From: a virus
Reading direction: 5' to 3' (one strand)
DNA: 64,000 bases
IMG/VR virus record: IMGVR_UViG_3300009177_000720
Below, piece after piece: positions 35,825-45,956 of this stretch (positions within the stretch are counted from its first letter, which is position 1; every line of letters starts with the position of its first letter). The notes beneath the pieces were generated by a model. That model did no database searches, had not been told where the DNA came from, and saw only the letters and a program-made list of their open reading frames with translations. The position numbers and the translations under genes were made by a program.

Positions 35825-36375
35825 TTCTTTTTACCCTTGCGCTTCACTTTTCCGGTCAATACAAAGGCGTAATATAACGCGACAGCTACGCCGTCAGCCA
35901 TGTCAAAACTTTCAACTTTGACGGTTCCCTTTTTATTAACCTCGTAAGGGAATGTAATTCCTAAATGTTTGGCGACAAGTTCAGGCATATCTTCTTTTTT
36001 TGGCAAATCCTTGCCGGTCTTTAACCCATGCCTTATAGTCATTACGCTAAACAACTCGGGAGAAGATTTCAAATAATCATAAGCGCACAAACCTATCATA
36101 CGATTAAATGTTGTTAACATTATAATAGTCTTGGCTGTGCTCTTACCCTGCATGAACTGAATGATATCTTCAATCCCAATATAATCAGGTTTTACTTTAT
36201 CAATAATAGATTGAATCTTATCTCTTGTATCAACAATACGTTCAATGATAGTTCCTTTCTTAGCAGGCTTCAAATAAGAAGCGCCAACAAAACGAATATC
36301 ATTATTGTCTAATTCTAATACGCAATATCCAATAGTAGTAGAAGAAACATCGAACCCTAGTATCCTTTTAACCAT
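35821..36375 (-). CDS. RuvC-like Holliday junction resolvase
   Basis: ILGFDVSSTTIGY, PDYIGIED, DMADGVAVA; start moved to MVKRIL. Confidence 0.8.
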   Translation of the reverse strand: MVKRILGFDVSSTTIGYCVLELDNNDIRFVGASYLKPAKKGTIIERIVDTRDKIQSIIDKVKPDYIGIEDIIQFMQGKSTAKTIIMLTTFNRMIGLCAYDYLKSSPELFSVMTIRHGLKTGKDLPKKEDMPELVAKHLGITFPYEVNKKGTVKVESFDMADGVAVALYYAFVLTGKVKRKGKKK

Positions 36376-36382
36376 ACTGGGT

Positions 36383-36391
36383 AATATATCA
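36383..36391 (-). promoter_or_regulatory. Putative promoter TGATATATT, 7 nt before the ATG (leaderless geometry)
   Basis: TGATATATT-ACCCAGT-ATG with no Shine-Dalgarno. Confidence 0.5.
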
Positions 36392-36396
36392 AATAG

Positions 36397-36428
36397 AAAG
36401 AGATCCAAGAGTTAACCTGGATCTCTTT
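36397..36428 (-). terminator. Perfect 11-bp hairpin, probable terminator after the SSB gene
   Basis: AAAGAGATCCA-N10-TGGATCTCTTT. Confidence 0.7.
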
Positions 36429-36447
36429 TAAGGTTTAAGCCTGTAGA

Positions 36448-37164
36448 TTAGGCGTTATCAGCATTGTAGGCTGGGAAAGATTCATTCAAATCTTCATCAT
36501 CCGTCATGCTAACTGCTGGAGCCTTGGCTGGAGCAGCCTTAGCGGTAGCAGCTTTCTTGCCTGCGGCTGGAGCACTATCAGTGGTAAGACCATTGATCTT
36601 GTCCAATCTCTTCTGAACCAAGTCAGCAGTTGGAGGGGTCACTCTACGCTTTAGGTCGTCCAAATCAGCTTCGTCCTTGATCTTTTGATCAGCAGCGGAC
36701 AAAGGCTCCTTGGAAATAGGTTGTACAGAGTAGTAACCAGTTGCTCCACCGTTCTTGTCAACGACAATATCGATGTCATACTTGGTTGGATCTCCCCAAC
36801 GTTGGGTGTTTCTGGCAAGCTTTCTAATCTGTGAAAAGACTGCGAAAGAAATGTCAAGAATCTTATAGGTACCGGTCTTGCGACTGATGACTCCAATTAA
36901 CCAACGTGGCTTAGCTTTATCGCCCAAATCGCAGAGTGGGCAGCTACCGTGAATTGCGGAACAGTTTACTTTCTGTCCGAAACCAGGGTCACCTTCCTTC
37001 TTGTACTTATGTACAAGGTACTGGAAAGGTTGGGTAACGAGTCTCATCTCGTTAGAGCCCTCTTCCAAACGAAGGAAGAGATCCTTGCTGTTAGTGTTCT
37101 TCTTACCCTCAGAACCTGGGAAAACGTCATCATTCCAAGAAACTTCACCAAATGTACTAGTCAT
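36448..37164 (-). CDS. Single-stranded DNA-binding protein (T4 gp32-like)
   Basis: FLRLEEGSNEMRLV, H...C...CPLC zinc ligands, GDPTKYDIDI, acidic C-terminus. Confidence 0.7.
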   Translation of the reverse strand: MTSTFGEVSWNDDVFPGSEGKKNTNSKDLFLRLEEGSNEMRLVTQPFQYLVHKYKKEGDPGFGQKVNCSAIHGSCPLCDLGDKAKPRWLIGVISRKTGTYKILDISFAVFSQIRKLARNTQRWGDPTKYDIDIVVDKNGGATGYYSVQPISKEPLSAADQKIKDEADLDDLKRRVTPPTADLVQKRLDKINGLTTDSAPAAGKKAATAKAAPAKAPAVSMTDDEDLNESFPAYNADNA

Positions 37165-37248
37165 GTTATTCTCCTGTTATCTATTCTTTTTGTACGCTAA
37201 GGTACTTTTACTTATTAACAATATCGGACCGTTATTTATCTCTGCACA

Positions 37249-37563
37249 TTATCGTGCGAATCTAACGAAACGTGTACGACTATGATCTGTGGTACGACCG
37301 AATCTTACGCCGATTCCTCGGTTACGGAGTCGATTGACCACTCTATTGATTACGATTCTGAGTGCACCTGGAGAGCCCGGTAGAATCGTGCGTTGCTTCT
37401 TGCTCAAAACTCTGTTTAAAGCTGTAATCAACCCACTCATCGTTCCAGTCCAGATACCACCAGATTGTCTTTCAATGACCGAAGTAATGCCACGAAAAAT
37501 TACGTTATCAACGTCATTAATTGTGGAATTTCTACGAACACTTATCTTACTATTATATGCCAT
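37249..37563 (-). CDS. Small basic protein, possibly winged-helix DNA-binding
   Basis: Arg-rich; WTGTMSGLITAL...LPGSPGALRIVINRV...LRNRGIGVRF. Confidence 0.5.
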   Translation of the reverse strand: MAYNSKISVRRNSTINDVDNVIFRGITSVIERQSGGIWTGTMSGLITALNRVLSKKQRTILPGSPGALRIVINRVVNRLRNRGIGVRFGRTTDHSRTRFVRFAR

Positions 37564-37584
37564 TTTATTGCTCTCTTTCTGTAT

Positions 37585-37920
37585 TTATCTAACCAAAGTT
37601 GATGGTTTATTTGCATTGAAAACTAAGCTTCTAATGCTTAGAATACGATGCCATGGAAACATCATTTCTATTCGAGAGTCTAAAGGAGCAGAAGTAACAA
37701 CTTCTACATAAGTCTTTACCAACTCTTCTTCCGAAAGGTCAGAAAAGTATCCCTTTACCTGAACAAAGCCCTCTAATAGATCTGGTTTATCAAGCGCAAT
37801 AAAATGCATTGCTTTCTTACCAGCAGGGTTCAAAAGAGTTACCAAATAACAAGGCTTCATTGCAACCTTGCCAACTTGTGGCAATCCTACTGAACTTACT
37901 GCAAAATCTTTCTCCGGCAT
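37585..37920 (-). CDS. Hypothetical protein
   Basis: 111 aa ORF coupled to recA. Confidence 0.55.
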   Translation of the reverse strand: MPEKDFAVSSVGLPQVGKVAMKPCYLVTLLNPAGKKAMHFIALDKPDLLEGFVQVKGYFSDLSEEELVKTYVEVVTSAPLDSRIEMMFPWHRILSIRSLVFNANKPSTLVR

Positions 37921-37921
37921 T

Positions 37922-39085
37922 TTACTTACCTTTCTTTGCCTTCTTCTTCTCTTCAGCGCTAGCTAACATTTCAGCTTTTTTAGCTTCTTGTTCTTGACGC
38001 TTTGCTTCCATCTTTGCATCGCGTGCTTCATTGATTTTCATCAATAATTCATCGGCCAATGCTTGATCATCTTTAATTGCTTCTTGCAACTTTGGAAGAC
38101 CAACCCATTTTCTGTCGCCATACTCATGAGTTACTGTGGAAGTTTTGACAATTACGCCGTAATCTACTGCTAGCACGGCGATTTCTTCGTGTCTGTCTAT
38201 AACACCGATTCCAAAGTTTACTTTGAATTCGCACTTGCGTGGCCACGGACCGAACTTAGATTTTTCAATCGTAGCGCGCATCACGTGTCCAATCTTTTGC
38301 TCTTTCTCATCTAGAATCTGCTTATCCTTTGCTTGAGAAGCTTCGAAATAAACGTTAGCTGACAAGAAGTGAGCATAGCTATTACCACCAGAGAAAGTGT
38401 GATCAGATCCATATGGATCCATTCCATCTTTTTTATGGTTGATGAAGATGAATGGGACTTGAGATTTATTAGCCTCAAGAGAAAGCTTGCGGAAAGTTGT
38501 TGTAAGGAATCGAGCAAGCAAAGACATATTCATCTTACCAACTCTAGAAACATCTTCTCCTGGTGGCATAATAGCACCAATGGAGTCAACAACTACCATA
38601 TTAACATTGATATCCCCGGCCGTCACTAAATCAAGTAATCCATCTTTGGACTTACCAACTAATTCGTGGGTCTTCTTATCTTCCTTAGGGACACCTAAAA
38701 TCATTTCGAAGCATTTACGACCAATAACGGCAGTTTCTTGATCTACAAGAATGATACGAGTAGTATCGAGACCCAAAGTCTCTGCCCAATTAGGGTCGAA
38801 AGTTCCTTCAGCATCAACCCACATTTGTTGGGCGGCCGGATCATCAGACTGAGCCTCTTTAATGGCAAGCATAGCCATCAAAGTCTTTCCAGAACCAGTA
38901 GGACCGTAATACTGAAATAATCTTCCTTTTGGCAAGCCACCTGAAGACAACACATCATCGAGCATCAATGAGCCCGTAGATGTAACGGGTAACTTCTTGC
39001 CCACAGTTTCGTGAGCCATTCTGAAATCTAATTGCTCTTCCGATTCGGCATAACTTTTGAAAAACGCTTCTAGTTTATTCGACAT
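37922..39085 (-). CDS. recA: RecA/UvsX recombinase
   Basis: STGSLMLD...GGLPKGR, YGPTGSGKT, VDAEGTFDP, VVVDSIGA, FIFINH, KSKFGPWPR; start moved to MSNKL (GGGAGA RBS). Confidence 0.92.
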   Translation of the reverse strand: MSNKLEAFFKSYAESEEQLDFRMAHETVGKKLPVTSTGSLMLDDVLSSGGLPKGRLFQYYGPTGSGKTLMAMLAIKEAQSDDPAAQQMWVDAEGTFDPNWAETLGLDTTRIILVDQETAVIGRKCFEMILGVPKEDKKTHELVGKSKDGLLDLVTAGDINVNMVVVDSIGAIMPPGEDVSRVGKMNMSLLARFLTTTFRKLSLEANKSQVPFIFINHKKDGMDPYGSDHTFSGGNSYAHFLSANVYFEASQAKDKQILDEKEQKIGHVMRATIEKSKFGPWPRKCEFKVNFGIGVIDRHEEIAVLAVDYGVIVKTSTVTHEYGDRKWVGLPKLQEAIKDDQALADELLMKINEARDAKMEAKRQEQEAKKAEMLASAEEKKKAKKGK

Positions 39086-39096
39086 TTTATCTCCCA

Positions 39097-39609
39097 TCAT
39101 TCGTAGCCTTCGGGAACCCTCTCGCTTGCCGTGCCCTGACTATATCCGAGGACGGTGCGCCTTAGTCCCTGTGCAATATCTTTAAAATGATGATGAGCTT
39201 TCACCAAAATTTCATATTTGCGTTCAAGGACAATTTTGCTTCCCTTAGCTTTTCCTAGTTTAATATTTAACTGTTCTACTTCTGGCGATGCTTCTCCGGC
39301 CCATTTCTTCATATCCACGGTTGTCCTGGATCCATCGGGCGCTTGATAATCTCTTGCCACACTGTTTTTTGTACTATTAACTTTTGCTTCTAGATATGCT
39401 ACTGTCTTTACCATTTTTCCTAAGTATTCCGTTAGGATATCTGCACCTCTTAATGCTTGCTGCTGTAACAATTCAGCATGGGCTAAATCGATAGCGTCAG
39501 TTTCCTGAAGCGTTCCCAACACTTGCTGAATTTCGGTGAGGTCGAAATTCATGAAATCTTCCTCTAATTCAGTACCCAAAAAATCACCAAGTCTTACCTG
39601 TTGGCTCAT
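39097..39609 (-). CDS. Coiled-coil protein, possible UvsY-like recombination mediator
   Basis: 170 aa, all-helical, overlaps the recA leader; size and pattern resemble UvsY. Confidence 0.4.
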   Translation of the reverse strand: MSQQVRLGDFLGTELEEDFMNFDLTEIQQVLGTLQETDAIDLAHAELLQQQALRGADILTEYLGKMVKTVAYLEAKVNSTKNSVARDYQAPDGSRTTVDMKKWAGEASPEVEQLNIKLGKAKGSKIVLERKYEILVKAHHHFKDIAQGLRRTVLGYSQGTASERVPEGYE

Positions 39610-39665
39610 ATCGTTCTTCCTTGTCTAATAATATAATCAGTTGAACTTTTTCTCGACAAATATAA

Positions 39666-39968
39666 TTACTTGTCCTTCAATTTTTCTTTCATCTGTTGGC
39701 AGACCTCGTCCACCTGTCGATGCATTAATCGCAAATGCTGATGTTGCATTAAACTCATCAAAAATAGGAATACTTCGAAGCTAGTTCGAAACTTAGATGG
39801 TGGCCTTAAAAAGATAATAATCCCGGCCGCATCTGTTTCAAAAAGATCGATAAAAAGGTCTTCGCCTTTATTGGTAGCAGTAGTATAAGACTTGACGATT
39901 TTTTCATACATCGTCCATTCGTCTTCAGTTACTTCTACTCTTTTATTGTCAATAATTTTAATGGGCAT
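39666..39968 (-). CDS. Hypothetical protein
   Basis: 100 aa ORF in operon. Confidence 0.55.
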   Translation of the reverse strand: MPIKIIDNKRVEVTEDEWTMYEKIVKSYTTATNKGEDLFIDLFETDAAGIIIFLRPPSKFRTSFEVFLFLMSLMQHQHLRLMHRQVDEVCQQMKEKLKDK

Positions 39969-39988
39969 AACTTACCACCCTATCCAAT

Positions 39989-40858
39989 TCAAGATCTTGA
40001 AAATGAGCCCTTAGCTCCCGTCGCTATATTCTTTCGGGATTGAGCTACCTTCGACTGAAGGCGCTGCAAATGAGCGGCATCCTTGGCATTGTATTCACCA
40101 CTAGAACCGCCGCCTTGTTTAGCTGCGGCTGCTGCCAAATTGGCTTGAAGAATGTAATCACCACCAGGCAAATCATCATCGATATCAGAATCAATTGATG
40201 AGGCAACTTCACCACCCGCAATCATTTGCTGAAATTCAGCAATGGCTTCTGGATCAGCATTAGCTAACATATCGGCTGGAAGCATCATACTTCCACCACT
40301 AGAGTCTGTTAGGGCTGGTGAGCCGGCTTTTTTGATTTGCTGTGCCATCTTTTTAAGATGTTCAGTCTTTTCTGTTGGGGACTGAAAGGACTGTGGGACG
40401 TTGGGACCTTGCTGTTGTTGACTGGCAGGGTTGTTTTTAATAACTTCGGCTCTTTTAAAGAAATCGTTTGTTTTCTCTTCAGATTGAATCTTCTGAGCTA
40501 CGACCTCCTCTTCCCCAGCTTCGGTCTTTACCTTGACGGTAAACTTTTGGTTTTGAGCTTCTTTTTTGGCCTGGAACTCTTTTTCGTCTTCTACTTTTCG
40601 AAGTTCCTTCAACATCTCCTTTGGCATATACTTACCAATGTTAGGAGAGTCTGTTTTAATATAGTTGTGATTAGATAGCATCCAATCATTCAATTGATCT
40701 GGGTATGCTTGTAATGCATCCATGGTTTCACGTAAAGAAGAAAACAAATTCTTTAGGTGTTCTTCCATAATATGCTTGCCACAAAATGGGCACACATTAA
40801 TATCAATAGCGTGAGTCCATTGTGGATTAATCTCAATTTCACAAGATATACATTTCAT
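39989..40858 (-). CDS. Zinc-ribbon protein
   Basis: N-terminal CISC...CPFCG. Confidence 0.6.
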   Translation of the reverse strand: MKCISCEIEINPQWTHAIDINVCPFCGKHIMEEHLKNLFSSLRETMDALQAYPDQLNDWMLSNHNYIKTDSPNIGKYMPKEMLKELRKVEDEKEFQAKKEAQNQKFTVKVKTEAGEEEVVAQKIQSEEKTNDFFKRAEVIKNNPASQQQQGPNVPQSFQSPTEKTEHLKKMAQQIKKAGSPALTDSSGGSMMLPADMLANADPEAIAEFQQMIAGGEVASSIDSDIDDDLPGGDYILQANLAAAAAKQGGGSSGEYNAKDAAHLQRLQSKVAQSRKNIATGAKGSFSRS

Positions 40859-41298
40859 TTATCTACTCTCCAAAATTTAGGAGGTTTACGAGGGCTAGCA
40901 TTCTTTACCATAGACTTGAATCTAGTATACTCTTGACCAAGAGCGTCACTCAAGCTTTCTGTAAAACACCCAGAAAGCTCGGCGGCCCATTCGTTGATTC
41001 GGTTCCCAGACTTAGACTTTATATCATCAACTGTCTTTCTGAGGCGGTAGATGCTTAGTGGGAGCGCGTTTTTATCTGCGATGTAATTAGTTGTAATAAA
41101 ACCTGTTGCAGACAACAAATCTGCATCATTATTGTGCTGAGCAAATTCGTATAATTTTTGTAGTCTTAATTCCGTTTTGGTTGGATCCAAACTCTTATGA
41201 GTGATTGCATAAGGAGATTCCTGAACTTCTTCATTCGAAGCTTTAATGTCCTTAATACTTCCTCTATCAGAACGCTGTTTAACGGTTCGAATTGCCAT
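40855..41298 (-). CDS. Hypothetical protein
   Basis: 147 aa; overlaps both neighbours. Confidence 0.55.
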   Translation of the reverse strand: MAIRTVKQRSDRGSIKDIKASNEEVQESPYAITHKSLDPTKTELRLQKLYEFAQHNNDADLLSATGFITTNYIADKNALPLSIYRLRKTVDDIKSKSGNRINEWAAELSGCFTESLSDALGQEYTRFKSMVKNASPRKPPKFWRVDK

Positions 41299-42209
41299 TA
41301 TTTTCTACCTAGGTGTTTAGATGGTTTTCTTCCACGCTTTGGTTTCTCTGCAATTTCAGATACCTTAGCAACGGTCTCAAGTTCTTTTTGAGTTGGCTGG
41401 AAACTGGCCGCATAGATAGCTGGTATTGCTGCACCACCTACCGATGCATTTAAACATACTGAATTGGTAGCAAATGTTCCTCCCAAAGCTGCATCGGATG
41501 CACTAAGAGAAAAACTGCTGGGGGCAGGGTTTGTAGAGCCGGTATAGTTGAATTGTTGTGGAGTTAAATCAACGCTTCTTGCAACCACACCCCCAGCAAT
41601 ATTATCATAGGTCATTACAGTTAATGACCCTGTATTAGGCGCACTAATCGTAGAAGATAAATCTTTCATTAAGTCTTCTACTTCTGGAGTTTCAGTAGGA
41701 CTAAGGGGGACACCTACCTCTACACCAACTTTATTAATTTCTTCAGCTAGTTCCTGAACTGTAAGGTCATCCGCTTTAGCCATCAAATTATCTAAATCGT
41801 CTGGCTGAGCCACAAACATATTTGGCTTAGGCTTTTCTCCTTTTGGTTTAAGGAACTGTTGAAAATGCTTTTGAACTTCCTCTGACTTTGGCTTGTTCCT
41901 AGAGTATCTTGGGCCATCAAAATGAGTATTAGGCTTCAAGCTATAATTAGAAAGAATCCAAGCAGCAAAGTCCTCAATTGAGGCATTGTTTTTACTTAGC
42001 TCAACCGTCTTCTTAAGAACAGTTGACATTACATCATTATGGGTATTACCTGCCATTTGAGTCTCCGAGGGGTCATTGTCGTCTGGCACAATAATCGTAC
42101 CAGAATCAGATTGGTACGCATTTGCAAGACGTGGATCACCAGCCTTAAACCAGCGCCAGGCGGTTAAGTAAGAAATGCCTTGTTTATCTGCCCAATCTTT
42201 TAACTTCAT
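41298..42209 (-). CDS. DNA-binding protein with IS607-type MerR HTH and C-terminal AT-hook-like motif
   Basis: MKLKDWADKQGISYLTAWRWFKAG...YQSDSGTIIV; KPKRGRKPSK; GAGGAA RBS at the revised start. Confidence 0.65.
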   Translation of the reverse strand: MKLKDWADKQGISYLTAWRWFKAGDPRLANAYQSDSGTIIVPDDNDPSETQMAGNTHNDVMSTVLKKTVELSKNNASIEDFAAWILSNYSLKPNTHFDGPRYSRNKPKSEEVQKHFQQFLKPKGEKPKPNMFVAQPDDLDNLMAKADDLTVQELAEEINKVGVEVGVPLSPTETPEVEDLMKDLSSTISAPNTGSLTVMTYDNIAGGVVARSVDLTPQQFNYTGSTNPAPSSFSLSASDAALGGTFATNSVCLNASVGGAAIPAIYAASFQPTQKELETVAKVSEIAEKPKRGRKPSKHLGRK

Positions 42210-42315
42210 GACTTTATTCCTCGTTATGCATAGATTGTATATACAAATTATATCATCTATTTCATTTTTCACTTAAATCGTGGTTTTGCCCCAATTTTAT
42301 TATTATCTGATATCG

Positions 42316-42324
42316 TATATATCA
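42316..42324 (-). promoter_or_regulatory. Putative promoter motif TGATATATA overlapping the dnaE stop
   Basis: Copy of the recurrent YGATATATW motif. Confidence 0.4.
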
Positions 42325-45300
42325 ATCGTCCTCGTTTTCTTCGTCCAAATCGATAAGCCCTTCGTCATAGAGCATATCCTCGACTCTTTCCAGTAAAGAC
42401 TGTTTTCCAGGGGTTACGGAGTCTTTTTCCTTAGCTTTGGCCTTAGCTTCCTTCAAATTAACCTTCTTGGCTTTTAGGTCGGCAGGTAAGGCAGGGATCA
42501 TAGACAAATCATATAAATTGTCCAGGATGACTCCCATGTCATCTTCATAGCTATTGGTGTTACCCGAGAAGCAGAGGGCAAGCCCAGTGTCAAATTCTGC
42601 CTTGCTATGGACTTCTTTGATGCGCTGCTGAACCGTAGCCCAACGATCCGGGAAGATTGTGCAGGAGCACTGGTCACCGTTCTTATCCTCGATAACGGCC
42701 TTGATCATAGACTGACCATAATACTTACTAGTCTCTTTTTTGACCTTGAACTCAAAGTAATCTCGGATGATTCCTTTAACAGGAGATACCTTAGTTTTAT
42801 CTTTAGCTTTTTTGATTTCATAGACAGTTACATGGTCATCTTTGAAAAACTTACCATAAGCATCAGCCGGCTTACAAGTAAATGATTCTCCCAAATAGAA
42901 TTGTTCCAAAGCATATAGCTCGGAAAGTTTCCAATCAGGTTCAGATGGCCAAGGATATACAAACTCTTCTACAGACGGATCGTGCTTCTTGAGCCAGACT
43001 TGTAGCTTCTTGCGATAGTCTGAACAGTACAAATAGATTAGCTTGCGTGGAATCTTAAAAGAATCCATTGCTCCGGCTGCCGCTAGGGCTTGAATACTAT
43101 TAGCTCTAACCTTCTTAGAGTCTACTCTGGCCATAAAATCAAAGAAGCTTTTGAATGGTCGTTTCTCAATAATATCTTTGATGGCGTCTTCGCCTACGAA
43201 TTTGAGAGCGTCAAGTCCAGTAAGAAGTTTGTTGCCATCCGAAATAGTGTATGTTAGCTGGGATGAATTAACATCAGGCGGCAATAGCTTGACCTTATGT
43301 TTCCTAAGCTCTTTCTTTATCTTTTCAATGTTACTCTTGGCGTCAGGAGCGTTGGACTTAACTTCTGCCATCAAATTGGCAAGAAGGAATTCAACGGGAT
43401 AGTGCCCCTTGAGATAAGCAGTCTTATAGCCGGTCATCGAATACAGCACAGCGTGAGAGACGTTGAAGCCGTAGCCCTGGAACTTATCTACAACTTCATC
43501 CCAAATTCTCTTGGCAATTTCTTCATTAACGCCCTGCTTGACAGCATCGTTAATGAATTCGGTTCTCCAAGCTTGTGCTTTCTTGGGATTTTTTCCCTTC
43601 TCTTTAGTAAGCTTACGCAAACGATCGGCAGAGTGAAGACTCCAACCAGCTACGTCCTGAGCAAGATACATAAGACACTCTTCGTACAAACCAAAGCCAT
43701 AAGTACTATTGAATGCCCTTCCCAATTTAGGATGCAACAATGACATTTTCTTCTCACCATTTCTGGTTTTGATGAAGTCATTACGCATATCGCGAGCAGA
43801 TGGACGAGCCAAAGCGTTAATATTGGCAAGGTCATTAATGTTACCTGGTTTGATTCTGCGGCATAGATCAATTGTACCTGCACTGGTTCCTAACTGAAAT
43901 ACGCAGAATGTATCGCCGCTAGTGATTAGATCATATGATTCTTTATCATAGACATCGTAGTCAAGTGGGTCAGGAGGAACTTCCTTGCCGCGCTCTTTGA
44001 TGATTTTATAGGTTTCACCAATGATATCTAGAGTGGAAAGTCCAAGAGTATCCATCTTGACCAGGCCGTTTTCTTCGGCCTTATCCTTATCGTACTCGAT
44101 AGCAAGGGCGCCATCTTTATCTTTTCTAAGTGGTACTAATCCAGTCAGCGGTCTAGCAGAGATAATGATACCTCCGGCGTGCGTAGACCAGGCCCTGTAT
44201 TTTCCACAGATGTCTTTGTACTTAGCAAATTCCGGATACTTCTTTGCATACTCTGCAAAAAGTGGAACTTTAATTAAAGCCTCATCGATAGAATGAACAT
44301 CGGAAGGGATACAATCAGCAACATCGTTACCGATTCTAATAGCTTCTTCCTTAGAACCACCGATCTCACAAGAGCGCGCGATGTCTCTCGCATATACTTT
44401 TGGTGTAATGGTATTTACGTTAGATACGTGAGCCACATGGTCTTCACCATATTTTTTACGCAAATATTCTTGCACACGTGCACGCCCGGATGGGGCAAAG
44501 TCCGTATCAATGTCAGGAAAGCTTGACTTTTCTTTATTATGGAATCTGGCAAAGATAAGATTATACTTAATCGGATCAGCTTGGTGAATTCCTAACAAGA
44601 ACCCAATCAAAGATCCTCCGACAGAGCCTCGACCATCACCAACGGCAATGTCATTCTTTCTGGCCCAATCGATGAAGTCGGCCACAATAAGCATGTAGCT
44701 GGAGAAGCCGTGAAACTCAATAACGTCTAATTCTTCAATAAGACGTTGTTCATACTGGGCGCGATTCTCTGGGCAGAGACCTTTGATACGGGCATCAAAG
44801 AATTTCTCACAATGGTAGCGAAGAAATAACTTATCTTCATCTAATCCTTTGATGGAGTCAGATTGACGAGACACCCAATCACTAAAATCTGCGTAGTCGG
44901 GCTCATCTTTGACAGGGAATATAGGAAGCTCCTTTCCAGAAGGATTGGAGAATTTCGGATCAATCCAGTCAGGCTTTTCGCATAGATCAGCGAAGTAAAT
45001 GCTGTTCGCACAGATTTCCTTACCAAACTCTTCACCATAATTTCTCGCAAAGAAAGCCTCAACCTCTTCGCCTGTCTTGAGATAAAACTCTGGTACAGGG
45101 TACTTTAACCTAAAATTAGAATGCTTGGGTTGATGCGAACCAATTGCCAGAAACACATCGTGAGTATCATGATCTTCTTTTTTAAGATAATGAGTGTTAC
45201 ACGCAGGGACAACCTTGACCCCATGAGCCTTGCCCAACTCAATCAAACGTCTATTTAAAAACTGCTGGTCGATCTCATCGTTAAAGATATTCGAACCGCG

Positions 45301-45834
45301 CTTCATATTGTTGGGTTGAACCTCAAGTCCAAGATTATCCCCGAACAATGCTTTCAAACGAAGAAGGGTTTGCCCAGCTTCTTCAAATTTCTTGTTCATC
45401 AACAGTTGATTGATGATACCGTTACCGCACGCGGTCAAACAGATTAGACCATCAGCATGCTGCGCCAGCAACTTCCAATCAATGATTGGATATACTCTCT
45501 TACCCATAAGAGAGCCTTGGTCGAATCCCTTTTTGTTCAGAGTTAGCAGGTTACGATAACCTACCGCATTCTTTGCCAGTAAGACTACGTGGCGTAGTCT
45601 TTCGATATTGGTTATGTCATCTACGAAGTAACACTCACACCCAATGATTAGCTTTACACCGGTATCTCTGGAAGCCTTTAGCGAGTCCCAGGCACCAGCC
45701 AATGTGCCGTGATCAGTTACCGCAATGGCAGGTTGACCTAATTCTTTAGCTCTTTGAAAGAGAGCCTTTGGAGAAATGATAGAGTCGAGAATAGAAAAAT
45801 CGGTTTGATTATGTAATGAGACAAAATCAGTCAT
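42322..45834 (-). CDS. dnaE: DNA polymerase III alpha subunit (family C)
   Basis: PHP domain (AVTDHG), GRGSVGGSL, FPDIDTDF, HAGGIII, KMDTLGL, YGFNVSHA, OB fold; no intein-size insert. Confidence 0.95.
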   Translation of the reverse strand: MTDFVSLHNQTDFSILDSIISPKALFQRAKELGQPAIAVTDHGTLAGAWDSLKASRDTGVKLIIGCECYFVDDITNIERLRHVVLLAKNAVGYRNLLTLNKKGFDQGSLMGKRVYPIIDWKLLAQHADGLICLTACGNGIINQLLMNKKFEEAGQTLLRLKALFGDNLGLEVQPNNMKRGSNIFNDEIDQQFLNRRLIELGKAHGVKVVPACNTHYLKKEDHDTHDVFLAIGSHQPKHSNFRLKYPVPEFYLKTGEEVEAFFARNYGEEFGKEICANSIYFADLCEKPDWIDPKFSNPSGKELPIFPVKDEPDYADFSDWVSRQSDSIKGLDEDKLFLRYHCEKFFDARIKGLCPENRAQYEQRLIEELDVIEFHGFSSYMLIVADFIDWARKNDIAVGDGRGSVGGSLIGFLLGIHQADPIKYNLIFARFHNKEKSSFPDIDTDFAPSGRARVQEYLRKKYGEDHVAHVSNVNTITPKVYARDIARSCEIGGSKEEAIRIGNDVADCIPSDVHSIDEALIKVPLFAEYAKKYPEFAKYKDICGKYRAWSTHAGGIIISARPLTGLVPLRKDKDGALAIEYDKDKAEENGLVKMDTLGLSTLDIIGETYKIIKERGKEVPPDPLDYDVYDKESYDLITSGDTFCVFQLGTSAGTIDLCRRIKPGNINDLANINALARPSARDMRNDFIKTRNGEKKMSLLHPKLGRAFNSTYGFGLYEECLMYLAQDVAGWSLHSADRLRKLTKEKGKNPKKAQAWRTEFINDAVKQGVNEEIAKRIWDEVVDKFQGYGFNVSHAVLYSMTGYKTAYLKGHYPVEFLLANLMAEVKSNAPDAKSNIEKIKKELRKHKVKLLPPDVNSSQLTYTISDGNKLLTGLDALKFVGEDAIKDIIEKRPFKSFFDFMARVDSKKVRANSIQALAAAGAMDSFKIPRKLIYLYCSDYRKKLQVWLKKHDPSVEEFVYPWPSEPDWKLSELYALEQFYLGESFTCKPADAYGKFFKDDHVTVYEIKKAKDKTKVSPVKGIIRDYFEFKVKKETSKYYGQSMIKAVIEDKNGDQCSCTIFPDRWATVQQRIKEVHSKAEFDTGLALCFSGNTNSYEDDMGVILDNLYDLSMIPALPADLKAKKVNLKEAKAKAKEKDSVTPGKQSLLERVEDMLYDEGLIDLDEENEDD

Positions 45835-45851
45835 AGCACTGTCCTGTAAGG

Positions 45852-45869
45852 TTGTGTATTATAACACAA
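45852..45869 (-). promoter_or_regulatory. Extended -10 promoter (TGTTATAAT) inside an inverted repeat TTGTGT-N6-ACACAA upstream of dnaE
   Basis: Minus strand TTGTGTTATAATACACAA, 17 nt before the ATG, with AGGA RBS in between. Confidence 0.6.
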
Positions 45870-45956
45870 TGCATATCGACTCATCCACGAGCGCTTTCAG
45901 TCTAAGGATAGACTGCGTATGCTATGTCAGGGAATACGGGTGGGATACTCTAGGTC

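Noticed and set aside
37556-37568. Extra ATAW-N4-GCATA match (ATAAAATGGCATA)
   Set aside because: It overlaps the start codon of 37249..37563 itself, so it cannot promote that gene and may be chance.
41298-42272. Intact IS607 element
   Set aside because: Only the HTH is present; no recombinase catalytic domain or tnpB.
21592-45834. Inteins or introns in terminase, RecA or DnaE
   Set aside because: Lengths are ordinary and no intein splice motifs or reading-frame breaks were noticed.
45880-45945. tRNA or hammerhead ribozyme in the dnaE upstream region
   Set aside because: Stems are present, but there is no T-loop GTTC cloverleaf and no properly placed CUGANGA/GAAA core. No tRNA gene was recognised anywhere in the window by eye.
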